64,000 nt of DNA from assembly GCA_028534125.1 (NCBI GenBank), contig CM052832.1:20586001-20650000 (forward strand), written 5' to 3'. The DNA comes from Lama glama. Taxonomy: Eukaryota. Below the pieces are notes generated by a model. The model saw nothing but the letters and a program-made list of their open reading frames with translations. It was not told where the DNA came from and did no database searches. The position numbers were made by a program, and so were the translations under genes. Shown piece by piece: positions 37,926-51,430 of this stretch; within the stretch, counting starts at the first letter, position 1; the number at the start of each line of letters is the position of its first letter.

Positions 37926-38350
37926 TGGCAAACAGACTCCTGGGTGGCCCCATGAGCAAGCTCTTGTAAGATCCTCTACCCTGGAGTGTGGGCAGGACCT
38001 GAGACTGACTTCTCACAAGAGAACACAGCAAAGGTGACAACATGTACGTGATTGCATTCCATGGGATTATACAGCCATCTTTGAAGAGACTCTCTTCGCG
38101 GTTTTGAAGAAGCAAGCTGAGATGTGAGCTACCGCACAGAGAAGGCCATACAACAAGGAGCTGAGAGCAGCCTCTGGCCAACGGCTGGCAAAAAAGTCAA
38201 GCCCCCCAGTAGCCTGCAAAGAACCGAACTCTGCCAACCACCATGTGAGTCTGGAACTGGACCCTTCGCTGGGGGCCTCCAGATGAAGACCCAACCTTGG
38301 CTGGCCCCTTGATGACAGCTTTGCAGAGGACCTGGTCAAGCCATGTCCGG
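37926..38350 (+). mobile_element. MLT1E-like LTR
   Basis: ggagtgtgggcaggacctg...tttgaagaagcaagctg...aactctgccaaccaccatgtgag...ctccagatgaagac. Confidence 0.85.
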
Positions 38351-38369
38351 ATATCAGGCTATGAAAATC

Positions 38370-39125
38370 CTCATTCTAATGGCTTTAAGAATAAAGAAAT
38401 GCATTATCTCTCAACACAAAAATGTGTAGATATGGGGCAGATTTCAGGGTTGGCTGATTCAGCAGTTCAACATCAAAACCCTCTATCCGCCCCAACTCTC
38501 TGTCTCAGTTCAATTCCCCAACTGCTTACACAATGGCTACAGAAGAGCAAGGCTTCGCATCCAGACATAGGAATACGTAGAGGCAAAAGATGGGTCACCT
38601 CTTTCTTTAATTGTAGTATAGTCAGTTTACACTGTTGTGTTAATTTCTAGTGTACAGCACAGTGATTCAGTTTTATATATATATTTATATATATATATAT
38701 TCCTTTTCATATTCTTTTTCATTATAGGCTGTTACAAGATAACTGAGTATAGTTTCCTGTGCTATACAGTAAGACTTTGTTGTTCATCAATTTTGTGTAT
38801 AGTAATATCTTCAAATCCTGAACTCCCAATTTATCCCTCCACTCCCATAGTAGGGAAGAAGCAATCCTGAGTTCTTTGGCAGATTTCTCTTATAGTTGCA
38901 TTTTTGGCAACATCACAAATGAGTTTTATGTAGTGGCCAGTTTGCTGGTTAACAGAGGCTCCCCTCTAGCCCAGACCTTAGTTGGTGAAGAAAGATCATC
39001 TATTTGTTGCTCTGCTCTGGAGCTTGGAAGGAAATATGTAACTTACAGATATCCTGACAATGTTGACCAGTGTCTAGGAGGAGGGGTGCAGAGAGAGGAT
39101 GCAATTGTTGCTTTTTATCTAAATC
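38370..39125 (-). mobile_element. Old MLT1 LTR, interrupted by an L1 3' end
   Basis: aatggctttaag...tcagggttggctgattcagcagttcaa...caatggctacag; apparent continuation after 38850. Confidence 0.5.
38600..38848 (-). mobile_element. L1 3' UTR end (cetartiodactyl/camelid type)
   Basis: tagtcagtttacactgttgtgttaatttctagtgtacagca...cctgtgctatacagtaag; same family as 17698-17967. Confidence 0.9.
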
Positions 39126-41069
39126 AGGTCATTTAAGTTAAGACAGAGTAAAAAGGGAGTCAGGACAGATTGTAGGGATACAGGAAACTGGCTGCTTGGT
39201 AGTGTCTCCATTTACTTTAATTAAGGTTCTCTATGAGATAACCATGAAGTCCGGTTACTTCTTTAGCATTGGGGAAATTCGGAGAGATATTATCAAGTCC
39301 TGTCATCATCCTTTAGTGACCCAGAGCAGGACAGGATGGAATTAAATAATTTTATAAACACAGACTTCTCAGCTCCTTAGCTCAAAATAAGGTTGCCAGT
39401 TCAAATGAGGATGCAAATGAGGAAACTTTACAAGTGACAACACCTTTTGGTCAGAGAAGCCAGCATCTTAACAACCCGAGGCAGATGACAAGTGTTAGAT
39501 GAAAGTTATAAAAATAAATGCAGGAAATGGGCAAAGGATGAGGAAGCAGTGCTGTGGGAAGTGGGATGCATGACACAGTAGACAAGCCCCAGTGGAAGTT
39601 TCCAGCACCTACACAGCTGCTACGTTTCCAGCCGGGAAGCATCAGGGAGACAGCGAAAGTATCTCCAAGAAGGAGAAAGAGAAAATAAATGAGTAAGCAG
39701 ATTGCAGGCAGGCAGAGAGAATACAGTGAACTGTGATGCCCTCCATTTGCTACAATCTCAGGGGTTCACATTAATCCCCAATGCCCAGGCGTATCAAAAC
39801 AAAAATAGAAATGGAAATAATAAATGAATCATGGAAATAAGGGGAAAAAATTAACTGAAGCCCTATTTGTTTTTATTAATTTTATCTTGCTTGTAGGGGA
39901 CCAGAATTAAAACCAGGTGGAGAACATAACCGATACGTTCTGGATCTTGTTGGCATAGTTCACACTCAGGGGCTCAGACGGCCCATATCATCCGAAAAAC
40001 AACTCAGGCTGCAGGACACTGGAAAGGTGATCTAAAGGTCATGAACTCCCTTGGTGAAGAGTGCTGCTCCAGGCAGCTTTCCACCTCTCTGTGCCTTTTC
40101 TCTTCTTTCAGTGAACTCAGCTAACCCTTGTCCTATCATGGAATGTATATCTTTACTAGAATGATAAAAAGTTTAACAATAGATTGAAATAATAACACTG
40201 ATAGCAGTGCAGGCTGCCAGGGCACCTATTCAAAAACTACAATCATCTGAAGCTAGGACCAGCCCAAGGGTGTGTTTGTTTTGGCTCAAGGTCCAGCTGC
40301 AGGCTGCCTCAGGTCGCCAACTACATTTCTGTCAACAGAAAGAAACTATTGTAACATAACCCATGTCGATCAGGAAGTGTGACCACAGTGAAGGACGCCG
40401 AGGAAGTGCTGTATTTATAATGCATTCTGAAAATGTGCCCTGAGCCATCGGCGGCAATAGGAAAATCCCCACTCCATCCCTGCATTCACCTGCACACCCC
40501 CGAGCAGGCAGAGAGAAGGACAGACCTGCCCGTGGAACACTTCTTATGGGTGCATTAATATCCTCAAAGAGCTCTCAGATTTTCGGTGTGGCCAGCACTC
40601 CCTTTTCACTATCTTCTTAGTTTCCGCTCTTAGGTTTTAATTCCTTTATTGCTGACTTGTTTCCCCTTTACAATTCTTATGTTGAACAGGCCTCTGGATT
40701 TGGGTTAGATGTGGGGTGACCCACATGTGTTATGAACACACTGATTAAACTAATATACAAATGAAGCTGAAGCTAGAAAGTCTCCCTGAATTCTACCTTC
40801 CTCCTGCTTCCAGAACATTCCTTGACATCAGAGCTTCCAGACCTCTGGCCATCATGAACACGTGACCCTCCACCACTCCACCCACCTCTTCCACTGCTGC
40901 CCACACCGTGCTGCCCTGGTGAAGTCTGAGGACAGGACTAAAAGAATGGGGTGGTCCTTGCCCTCAAGATCTTCCTGCCATAAAATGTCACATCCACAAA
41001 GGGTCAGCTTGACTTGTTAGCTGAGCGGAGTCATTTGACAACTTACACCAGCATCACTGCAAGGGCTCT

Positions 41070-41225
41070 ACCTGTGTTCCCCACTTTTATCCTTCAATGA
41101 CCCTCTGTTGCCAGTTATTTCCTCTCTTTTACAGTTGTGGAAACTGAGGCTCACAGACTGTGTGACTTGCCTGAGTTTACATAGTGAATATCTGACAGAA
41201 GCAGGGTCTTCGTCTCTGAATGACC
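41070..41225 (-). mobile_element. MIR
   Basis: ttttacagttgtggaaactgaggctcacaga...gtgacttgcc. Confidence 0.8.
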
Positions 41226-41259
41226 TTCTAGCAGTGTAGACACTCACATTCTCCAAAGC

Positions 41260-41402
41260 AGAGCTTTTTATACTTTACTGTGCATATGAATCACCGAAAG
41301 AAAAGTCTAGCTCAGCTGGTCTGGTTCAGTTGGGCCAAGAATGTTCATTTGTAGCATTCTCCCAGGTGTGGGCTGGGGGTTCTGGGCACCACATTTTGGA
41401 TA
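41260..41402. mobile_element. MER5-type hAT-Charlie fragment
   Basis: tgtgcatatgaatcacc...gggccaagaatg...ctcccaggtg...caccacatttt. Confidence 0.55.
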
Positions 41403-41859
41403 CCAAAGTTTTAAAGAAACTTTACAAATTAGGCCTAAGACTGAGTAACCTGTGGGTGAGAAATTGCTTGCTAATTATCTGGGAAACTTTTGTACAAGGA
41501 CCTGGATGCAACAACCACTCTAAAGTCTCCAGGACATTTTGACTCTCCCAGGGGGCCACAGAGGGCTGATACTGCCTTCTGGTCCACTTGATGTCAAAAT
41601 TTAGTCCTAAGATAAGGACTTGGGGCAGACACCTAACAGGAAAGGTCTTCAGTCACAAATCTCCAATATAAGTCCTACTACCCAGCAAAGGACCCAAAGA
41701 AAACTTATAAATCACTGAAATAACCTGGAGAGTACAATGTCAAGGTTAATGGACAGTTACAAGAAGAAACACAACCACTGACCTGGTTTGTTTGCAAAGA
41801 AGCAACAGAATTTTAGCCATATTCACGTCTCTAATGCTAAAAATATTTAAAAGCAAAAG

Positions 41860-42045
41860 TTCTTGAGTTAGAGTCCCCTGGATTGGATCTCATGTTCACA
41901 ATTAACTGGTCAACTTTGAAGAAACTGATTAACTTTTGAGTCTTCAAGTTCCTTATCTACAAATGGAGACAATACTGGTACCTGCCTCAAGAGCTGTTAC
42001 TAGGATCAATAAAGTGACATATTTAAAGCATCTGAGACATACTAC
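41860..42045 (+). mobile_element. MIR
   Basis: aacttttgagtcttcaagttccttatctacaaatggagacaatact...catatttaaagca. Confidence 0.7.
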
Positions 42046-43815
42046 TAAACCATTCTAGCTCTTTCAACAGACGCCAAATGTGTCAAAGCATCAAATGTCC
42101 AAATGGAAAAAAAAAAATCTACTACACTCACTTGATTTCACCTGTAAATTTTAACATGCTATTATGAGGTTTATTCACCTCGCATTGACTTAATTCCTCA
42201 CTTTGGTTTAAGACCTTTAGAATCTGAATGACCATCTCATACAAGGAAGCTTGATGTTGAATGCTGCTTTCACTGTTTTTCTGAGAACACGAAGATTCAC
42301 AAAGGACTAGAATTTCTCTTCTAATTCAAGCAAAATGGAAACAAAACAACTTTCATGTCCAAACAGGACCAACTTCATAACCAGAGTAAAAACCAACAGC
42401 ATCAATTAGTCACCAAGACTATATGTGTACAAAAACCTTATCTAAAACGTTTTAGGTAGCATCAATATATTCACCTTATCTCTACCTTTTCTTGTCCTCC
42501 CATTATGACCCAATCCTCACTTTTCACATTGAGCATAAAGCTAGACCTTCTTAATAATACTATTAAGATAGGTATGTGCATGTGGTAACACTAAATGTTT
42601 AGAACCAAGGGAAGCCCTGAACACGTGAGCATTTATTTTCTTTACCAAAATCTAAAATACCAAATAGATGTAAAAACATATCCACTTACCCAATTTCCTC
42701 CCCCAAGGAAACACTACGAAAAATGTACGTAGTTTCTAAGGAAAAATGTTTGCTACAAGGGAACTCTTTAAGCTTAAAAAAAGGGGAGGGTGCCAAGATA
42801 AAAGCAATTTATTGTCATGCTGCCTAGCATTACTATGTGAGATTACTACAATGATGAGAGATGCTGTCATAGTGCATGCGGCCAAGTAAAGTGAATTCAC
42901 AGAGTGTTGGGAGTTCTCCATTCCTTCTCCTTAAACACAGTCCCATCAGTCTTGAAGCCTCAGGGATGTACAAAATGTAATTACCAAGGTTTATGATAAG
43001 GAATGTACCAAACCAGACGGCAGAGACCAATTTTAAAATGCCAGCCAGCTCTCAAAGTCTTCCCCTAAAACATTCTTCTGCACACCAATTTTAGCTTACA
43101 ATGAAGAAATCATTGCCACTTCTGTGTTCTGACTTCAGCTGGAATTTTCTATCAGGCTTAACGTTAACATTGAAACTAATTTCTTGCAGGGAGTCGACAG
43201 GTATAACTATTCCATTCCAGTGAAGTTCTTAAACAGGTGTCTCTAATGAGTTTTCTTGACTTTATCTAGGGGGGCTTATGCTGGGCTGTCCCAAACCTGA
43301 ATGGAGCATGGGACTGGTCTAGCAGGCAAGAGTAGGGAGCAATACTTTCTCTAGCTCCGTGGGATCTGTGACTTTGCAAGCTGACAACTGGCACAGGTCT
43401 GATGGCTGTCAGTCGCAATTGTGGCATCTGTATGATGGACAGTTGGCAGCTGACATGAAGTGCCAGGGCATTTCATTGCAACGCCGTCAACAAAGTTTGC
43501 ACATGACCAACATTAGTTTCATCTGAATTACTGCATCAGTTATTAAAGAGTTCCAGTGTATGCAAATTTAATATCTCAGAAGGTTTAGTTTTATATATTC
43601 ATAATTTTTTTTTTAATCTTCTACTTCTAAAAGCAAAGAGGAAATAGGACTAGAAAAGTCAAATGATTCCACTGGGGTGAAGCACAGTAAATATTCTCCA
43701 TTTTTGCTCAGCACTCACTAGCGTGTCATGGGTTTTCAGTTTCAAACTCAATTTAACTGAGCCTTTTGGGCTCTAAGTTTCATTTACTTCAGGCCAAACA
43801 AAACTTCCTCATGGC

Positions 43816-43860
43816 AAAAAGAAAAAAAAGAAGCAAAAAAAGAAAAAGAAAAAGAAAAAA
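43816..43860. repeat. A-rich (GAAAA)n-like low-complexity tract
   Basis: Direct reading. Confidence 0.8.
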
Positions 43861-43959
43861 CATCTCAGTGAAGGAAGAACATCTACACAAAGATTTCTGA
43901 ACATTAAGAAGTCGCTGATAAAACAGCATCTTCTTGCAGCATGTGGATTAAAACATACA

Positions 43960-44160
43960 TTATAGATAAATAAGATTATACTGTATAGCACAGGGAAATA
44001 TATACAAGATCTTGTGATAGCTCACAGCAAAAAAAAATGTAACAATGAATATACGTATGTTCATGTATAACTGAAAAATTGTGCTCTACACTGGAATTTG
44101 ACACAACATTGTAAAATGACTATAACTCAATAAAAAGATGTTTAAAAAAAAGAATAAAAT
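43960..44160 (+). mobile_element. Young L1 3' end (camelid-like)
   Basis: ctgtatagcacagggaaatatatacaagatcttgtg...tgtgctctacactggaatttgacacaacattgtaaaatgactataactcaataaaa followed by an A tail. Confidence 0.9.
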
Positions 44161-45942
44161 CATGATAATTAAAAAAAAAGTACGGGACTGATTAAAAATG
44201 AGAATGAATTTCTAAAGCTCTTTGTCCTAAAAACCTTCTATCGAGCCTCTAATAGGACTGCCACCACATTATAAATAACTTCTCCAATCTCATTTTCCTC
44301 TCATTTTCTTCATATTACTAATCCCTAAACAGCTGCTAGCCCCTAAACAATGCCAGTCTCAGGCACAATTCATTAATTCCTAACACATTAGCTGGGGGCA
44401 GCACCACCTACCAATCTGTACCCTCTTAAAACACAGATGACTGAGGCTTTCCAAGGAAGAGGCCTGGACAGACTGAGGGGACAATCAGGCCGTCATGACT
44501 CACCAAGGCTTAGTTTAGGAGATTAAAATCCAAATGCAGGTGACCGAAGGCAAAGAAGCAAACACAATGAGCCCAGTTCTTTGCTACCTGTTGACACAAA
44601 GATCCCATTGACTTTCCTGAAGGGCTCGGAAGAGGGCCGAGGTGTAACGTGTGTGCTGGTATGGCTGGTATGCACCAACCACCCTTTCCTAAGCACACAA
44701 ACACACTCAAGTGTCCGTAATGTGGTCCTCTCTAGCTGTTGACCTGAACTTTCCATGAACGAGGAATCTAAAAGCATTTTGAGAACAAAGAGCAAACCTT
44801 AATCGTTAAGGAACTTTCTTTTTAATGGTAAGCAAAGCATCCTAAGATTCTGGATGAGCACCGTGTATTTCTTCCAAAATCTTCTCTCCCTCACCTGTGT
44901 TCCCTATCATCTAGGTTCCTGGTCCCGTCAACAAAAACGAGATGGCTGGGGAAGCAGGCAATTTTCTTAAGTTCCAGTGATAAGCACCACGTGTCTGGAT
45001 CAAAAGGGCTCAATCCATATCTTGCCAGGTTGAACTGACTAATAGGGGCTCAACTGTTTTCAGCTATCAATGCCCTACACAAAATGCACAAAACGCCCTT
45101 CAGGTGTCAGAGGGAAAGTCTACTGGAGTAAGAGGTAGCCTTGAAGCTTAAAATGAGTTTCAATAAAGAGACAAACCAACTTTACTGTGAAAGACAAACA
45201 ACAAACAAACAAATAAGCATGAATAGGAAAGACTGAATGGCAAATCCATAAATATAATTAAATTAAATTCAGAAATGTCCCATGAAGAAAGACCAAAACT
45301 AGTACGAACAAAATAGAAGAAAAGAGATTTCCCGAAGCTTGATGGAAATTCTGCAAGATCCTGGCTTTTTATTTATTAATTTTGTTACGTTCAGCTTCGG
45401 CGAAACATACAGAAAGGGTTTAACTGGCAAGCCTGCGAGTAAAAAAACATGCTGTCTCAACCCTGTGACAAGCCAAGCGTCCAGACAATACAGATCTCTG
45501 CATTGTTTTCATTTATGTTAACCAATTACTTTTTCATTCTTACCCTATTAAACACAAACAATATCCCTTTCATTTTCTTCAGCTGTCAGAACCATCATCT
45601 ACTTTATAATGTTTTCCATAGAAAACATTCAGCAAAGCTTAAAGATTACAAGGTGATTATGCAAACCAAGAAAAAGAACTCATCAGGGAAGAGGCAACGA
45701 TGATAATAGTTTCTCAACTCTACACTTTCTGAATTTATCATCTACTGAAACTGCTATAAAAAGATTTTAGAAGTATTTTTAATCTCAAGGTTAAAAACAA
45801 GCTCAGCCATTAACCTTGAGATTGCAGATTCATTACCTGGCTCTCAAGCAATTAGGCTTCCAGACCACTTACACTGCACTTCAGCCCCTTCTAGAACACT
45901 CACAACCTCCTTTAGCTGCTACCGGCAGGATAACTTTTGAGT

Positions 45943-46129
45943 CAGTGATTCTCAAGGGGTGGTGACAGGACAAGCAGCAGTAGCCTCACTGAGGACTTAG
46001 TACAAATGCAAATTTTCACACACATTCCTTCTCTCCCTGAATCAGAGGCTTCAGAACTGTAGCCCCACCGTCTGCATTCACCAACCCTCCAAAGTGATCC
46101 TGATGTACACACAAGCTTGAGAATCATTA
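45943..46129 (+). mobile_element. MER5A (hAT-Charlie)
   Basis: Terminal inverted repeats cagtgattctcaa ... ttgagaatcatt; internal aaatgcaaatt and ctgaatcaga; about 187 bp. Confidence 0.85.
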
Positions 46130-47529
46130 TTTAAACAGGGAACATAGAAACTTCAGAAGCTAAGGAATAGAAACAAAGCCAAATGAGAAGTAAAAATACC
46201 TGGAATAGGAAAAATGGAAAGGAAAAAATGAAAAAATAAAGAGCACTATGAAATGAAGAGAAGAGAGATTTATATTTTACGAAAAAAGAAAAGGACACCA
46301 AATCCTTCATTTTCACTTCCATGACCTCAGGACCTTCCATTATTTAGCCAGTTTTGAAAAAAATAAGACTCATTTTTTTTATTAGCGACCAAATAATATA
46401 TCTTTTTCCTCAGTTAACACAATCTGAATAACATTGAGTCCAGATTGCTATGACCAGAGATGTTTAAAAATCAACTGCTGTGAATAAAAGCACTTCTGTT
46501 ATTTGATTCCATCTATGAACCAAATTGTTTAAAATAATATATATGTCCTGTGCTCTTAGAGAATATAGATATCAAGGAATCTTCAGTCTGGTAAGGTGAA
46601 TTAAGAATAATCTGGAGATATCTGAGCTTTCCCTATCACTCTAGAGCTTTTAGTGTTAGAAAGCTTTTCTCCCGGCTTAGTACTTATTTATTTGAGGAGA
46701 ATGATAGACACAGTAAAAGCAGAGGTAGGTCACCCCAAATCCTACCTGCAAATCTAGCAGTCAAACCCATCCCACTATGTGTGACACTACCACAAAACCA
46801 ACTAGGTCTCACTGTAAACAGTGGCAGTTACTTACTGTTCACTCACAGACCAGGATCCCCAAATAACCCAGTACACCTCATCCCCACTGCATTTGGGTCC
46901 TGATTCATGTAGCGCCCTGCCAGCCCCTCATTGTTCATTCAGCAGATTATTCGTAGAGCACCTCTCTGCTTCATTCAACCACTCTATGGATGGTTAAGCA
47001 TACAGAGATGGACAAGATATGGTGGCCAAGCTCAAGTACATCTTGTCTTGCGATAAAGCTCACAGTTCATTTCGTTGTCCATTTCCCTAACTTCATCTCA
47101 CTAGAGAGGACATCATTTTGTGGTGTAGTCCTGATTCCTTGGTTTTGGGGTGCAGCCTGGCACAAATCTGAAAAGCTACATGATGAGGCATAGACAGTAC
47201 TAGATGGTACCATATTTAGAAGGCCTCCAGTTCCCACTTGGCTGTCTTTACCTCTGAAAAGCCTTCCCTTATCCCATAAATCTGATAACAGTTTTTCTAC
47301 ATGGGCCCATAGAGACACTTCTGGACACTATACTCATAGCCCGATTAACTGTCACCTCAGCTAAACTGCACCCTCTTTCAGCATCAAGCTGTGTTTACCA
47401 TGTTGTAGTTATAAGTGGACCAAATTGCAAGACCCTTGCTCACATAGTTAAGTGAATAAGTGGATGAGTATATAAATGCATAGTGAGCTGCACTGTGGTT
47501 CAGAAAATCTTTTTAAGATTAGACTCATT

Positions 47530-50500
47530 TAGGCTATTTAACTTGAGAGTAAACTTCCAAACTGTCTTCCTAGGAGGCTGTATCACTTGACATTATCGTT
47601 GGCAGTTCCAGGATATTTCCAGGTGCTCTACATCAACACCAGCACTTAGTATTTTCATTCTTTTTAATTTTAGTAGTTCCAGAATGTACAAAGAGGTGAC
47701 TCACTGTAGTTTTAATTTGCATTTCATTATTGACTAATGATGCTAAGCTTCATGTGTTTATTAACCATTCAGTAATCTTCATTGGTGAAGTATTTAATCC
47801 CTTTACTTGTTTTTTTCTGGGCAGTTTGGGGACTTTTAAGTTTTAAGTATTTTTTACATGCTCTGGATTCATCTTATATCAGATATACGTTTTGTAAATA
47901 TTTTCTCCCATTCTGTGACTGGCCTTTCCACTTTCTAACTGGTGTACCATGGAGCACAAAACTCCTTAATTTGATGATGTCCAACTTATCAAGTTTCTTT
48001 TGTGGTACATGGTCTCTGTGTGAGATCTAAGAAATCTTATCCCACCCAAGGTCACAAAGATTTCCTCCTAGAATTTTTATAGTTTTAGCTCCTACACTTA
48101 GGTCTGTGATTCTTTTTTGTGATCCAAGAAATCTTTGTCTAACTCAAGGTCATAAGGTTTTTCTCCTGTTTTCTTTCTGTTTATAATTGGGGCACATATG
48201 TTTAGCCCTATGAGCCAAACTGAGTTAATTTTTGTATACAATGTGAGGTAAGATTTGAAGTTCATTTTCCCCACTATGGATAATTTTGTTCCAGCATCAT
48301 TTGAAGAAAAGATTCTTTTCTAGTCCACTGAATTACAAATATGTACATGTTGCTCCATCTCTGGACTCTGTTTTATTCCATTAACTTATGCATCAATCAT
48401 TATATTGTTTTTATTTTTGTAAATTCGTGGTAATTCCAGAGATCAAGTAGTTCAAGTGCTTCCATTTTGTTCTTTTTGTTTTTTCCCATTACATTGGCTA
48501 TTCTAGGCCCTTTATATTTAAATACGAAGTTTAGAATCAGCTTGTCAAATTCTACCAAAAAAAAGCTTGCTGGGATTTTTTTTTTTTTCACTGGAGCTTC
48601 AATGACTCTATACATCAATTTGTGAAGAACTGGCATCTTAAAAACACTGAATCTTTTGATCCATAAACATGCTATATTTGTCCATTCACTTAATCAAATT
48701 TTCTCTTCCAAGTTTCGTAGTTGTCAGGGTTTTGTCCATATTCAGTTACATTTAGCTCTCTATTGCATGCCTTTTTATTCTAATTGATGTTATCTTTTTA
48801 ATTTCAAATTCCAATTATTTGCTGCTAATATATAGAAACACAATTATTTTCGTATATTGACCTTGTACTCTGCAACCTTGCTAAACTCACTTATTAGTCT
48901 AGTATCTGTTTTAGAGATTCCTTATCATTCTCTAAATAAAGGATCTTGTTATCTAAGATAATGAGAATTTACTCCCTTCTCCCCTCAATCTGAGTACATT
49001 TAATTTCCTTTTAGTCCTACATTGCACAAGCCAGGACCATCACTACAGTATTAAATAGAGATGGTTGGTGTGAACAATCTTGCTCTGTTCCTTTTCTTAA
49101 GGAAAACATATTCAGTCTTTTGCCATTAAAGATGGTGTTAGCTGTAGTGATTTGGAGGTGATTTTTATCATGTTGAGGAAATTCCCTTCTATTTCTGGGT
49201 TGCTGAGTTTTCACCCTGAAAGTGAACTGACTCTTCTCAAAGGTTTGATTGTTGTGTTATGCTTTCCTTTCTTGAAATGATGGCATGGTTCCCCATCTTT
49301 GTCTGTTATTGTGGTAAGTTATTCCCACTGACTTTTTAAAACAGTAAGACAACTTTGCATTACTCGGATAATCTCCAAATGGTCATAATATATTATCCAT
49401 TTTATATACTGCTGGTTTTGATTTGCTATTTCATTAATAACTTTTTAGTTATAATTATGAGGGGTGTTAGTCTGCAACTTTCTTATAATGTATTTGTATC
49501 AGGATAATGCTGGCTTAACGAAATAAAATAGGACGTGTCCCTTTTCTGTCAGCTGGAGAAGTTTGTGTAGTATTGGTATTATGTCTTTAAATTTTTGGTA
49601 ACTTTACTAATGAAGCCTGTTGCACCTCGATATTGTGAGAAGAATTTAACTACAAATTCAATGATACAAAGCTATTCATGTTATCTATTTCTTTGCGGGT
49701 AAGCTTGTATCTTTGTTTTTGTCTTTTAAGAAATTTGTCTATTTGATCACAATTGTCACAGTTAGTATAAACTTCTTTATCACATTCCTTAACACAGAGT
49801 TTAAGAACCTTACAATGATACACCGTATTTCAGCCCGGCCGTTCTTTAAATTATACATTCCACAATACTTCAGTATCACTTTCGCTCTAGACAATATTTT
49901 TAAAAGAAATTTACAAATGAGGAAATATATACTTCATCCTTGCCCACATATTTACCATTCTTGATTTTCCTTATTTGTGCAGATCTGAATTTCTATTTAG
50001 TGTCATTTTTTTTTCCACATAAAGAACTTACTTCAGCATTTCTTGTAATGTGGGTCTGAAAAAGTCATTATTTAAAGACATTTATACTAGGTATAGGTTA
50101 CTAATTTGAAATTTTTAATTTTTTTTTCTTTCAGCACCATAAAAATGTCACTTCATTTTCTTTGAGTTTGCATAGTTTCTGATAGAAGTCTGAAGTAAAT
50201 CTTATGGGGTTTTTGGCTTTCTCTTTAAATAACATTCCTGGCCGGTTTTACTATTTTATATTTATCACTAGTTTTCTGAAATTTTATTATGATGTGCATT
50301 TGTCTGTGTCATTTAAAATATTTACTCTGCTATGGGTTTACTGAGTTTCTGAAATATGGGGTTTTATCATTTTCATCAAATTTGGAAAAATTTTTATCAT
50401 TTTTTTAAGTATTTTTTGATTCACCATCTAGGCTTCCAATTAAACATAAATTATACCATGGGATATTATCCAATGGATGACTAAGACTTTATTTTTTAAT

Positions 50501-51430
50501 CCACCATGCTTTGTTTGGGATTTTTCCTATTGCTATGACTTCAATTTCACTGGTAAATTTGTTCCCAGTGTGGAATCTGCTATAATTTCCATTTAGTATA
50601 CTTTTTATTTCAAATATTATAATTGTTTTATCTCTAGAAGCTATATTTGCATTATGTTTTATACTTTCCATTTTTCTCTTCATCATATTCATGATTTCCT
50701 TACATCTTGTACATAAGAGGCATATTTTCTTTTCTGTTAATTTCTTCATTCTGCCATTTCTAGATCTGTTTTATATTGACTTATTTACTTATGGTTATGT
50801 GTTATATTTTCCATTTTTTTCAAATCTCTGGTGATTTTTTTTTGAGGCTGTACATTTAGATTTTTCTGTTTTTGAGCAATTAATTTTGCTGTATTCCTTT
50901 AAAGAGCATTGGAATTTTCCAACAAGTAGTTAAGTTGATTGTGGGCTAGTCTGACCCACTTGTTGTATGGTTTTAAAAATCCTTTTGGCATATGCATAGA
51001 AGGGTTTCATTTTAGCTCAAATTTAGCCCCACTTCTTAGTTAAACCTGAATGCCCCAGGGTCTCTTCACTCTGGATTGAGTTAGAAGGAACACAAAAAAT
51101 TCTGAGTCCTGAGTGACCTCCGAGATTTTTTTTTCTTTTTTCTTTTTTGTCTTATAGCCCCAAGTAATAGCTATTTCCTTGGAAGTTGTTCTTATCTGGC
51201 CTTGTGCAGTTTTCATCACATGCATTTGCAAACTATATGCCACAGGTCTCAAGGGGTCTCTTATGCATATATCAGGACCTCTTCCTCTGTGCAGCTCCCT
51301 CCTCCCAGTTCTATGCTTCACAGATTCTAAACATTGACCTTCTGAAATCTAGTATCTGCCTCAACTCTGCAAGACTGAGAGATTCTGTTTGGATTCCCCC
51401 TCCCTGTCCAAGAATCTTCTTGAGGCAAAA
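47530..51430 (-). mobile_element. Long, internally deleted old L1M relic (5' region, ORF1, ORF2 pieces); possibly a composite of several copies
   Basis: ORF 48400-48636 (IPASFF.EFDKLILNF..K.KGPRIA) and 49017-49214 (TANTIFNGKRL.MFSLRKGTEQDC) are ORF2p-like; 50489-50749 (MESIK...EIKSILNG..SR) is ORF1p coiled-coil-like. Confidence 0.9.

Noticed and set aside
43190..43200. 11-nt microexon (ttcttgcag|GGAGTCGACAG|gtataa)
   Set aside because: Weak donor and frame-shifting length.
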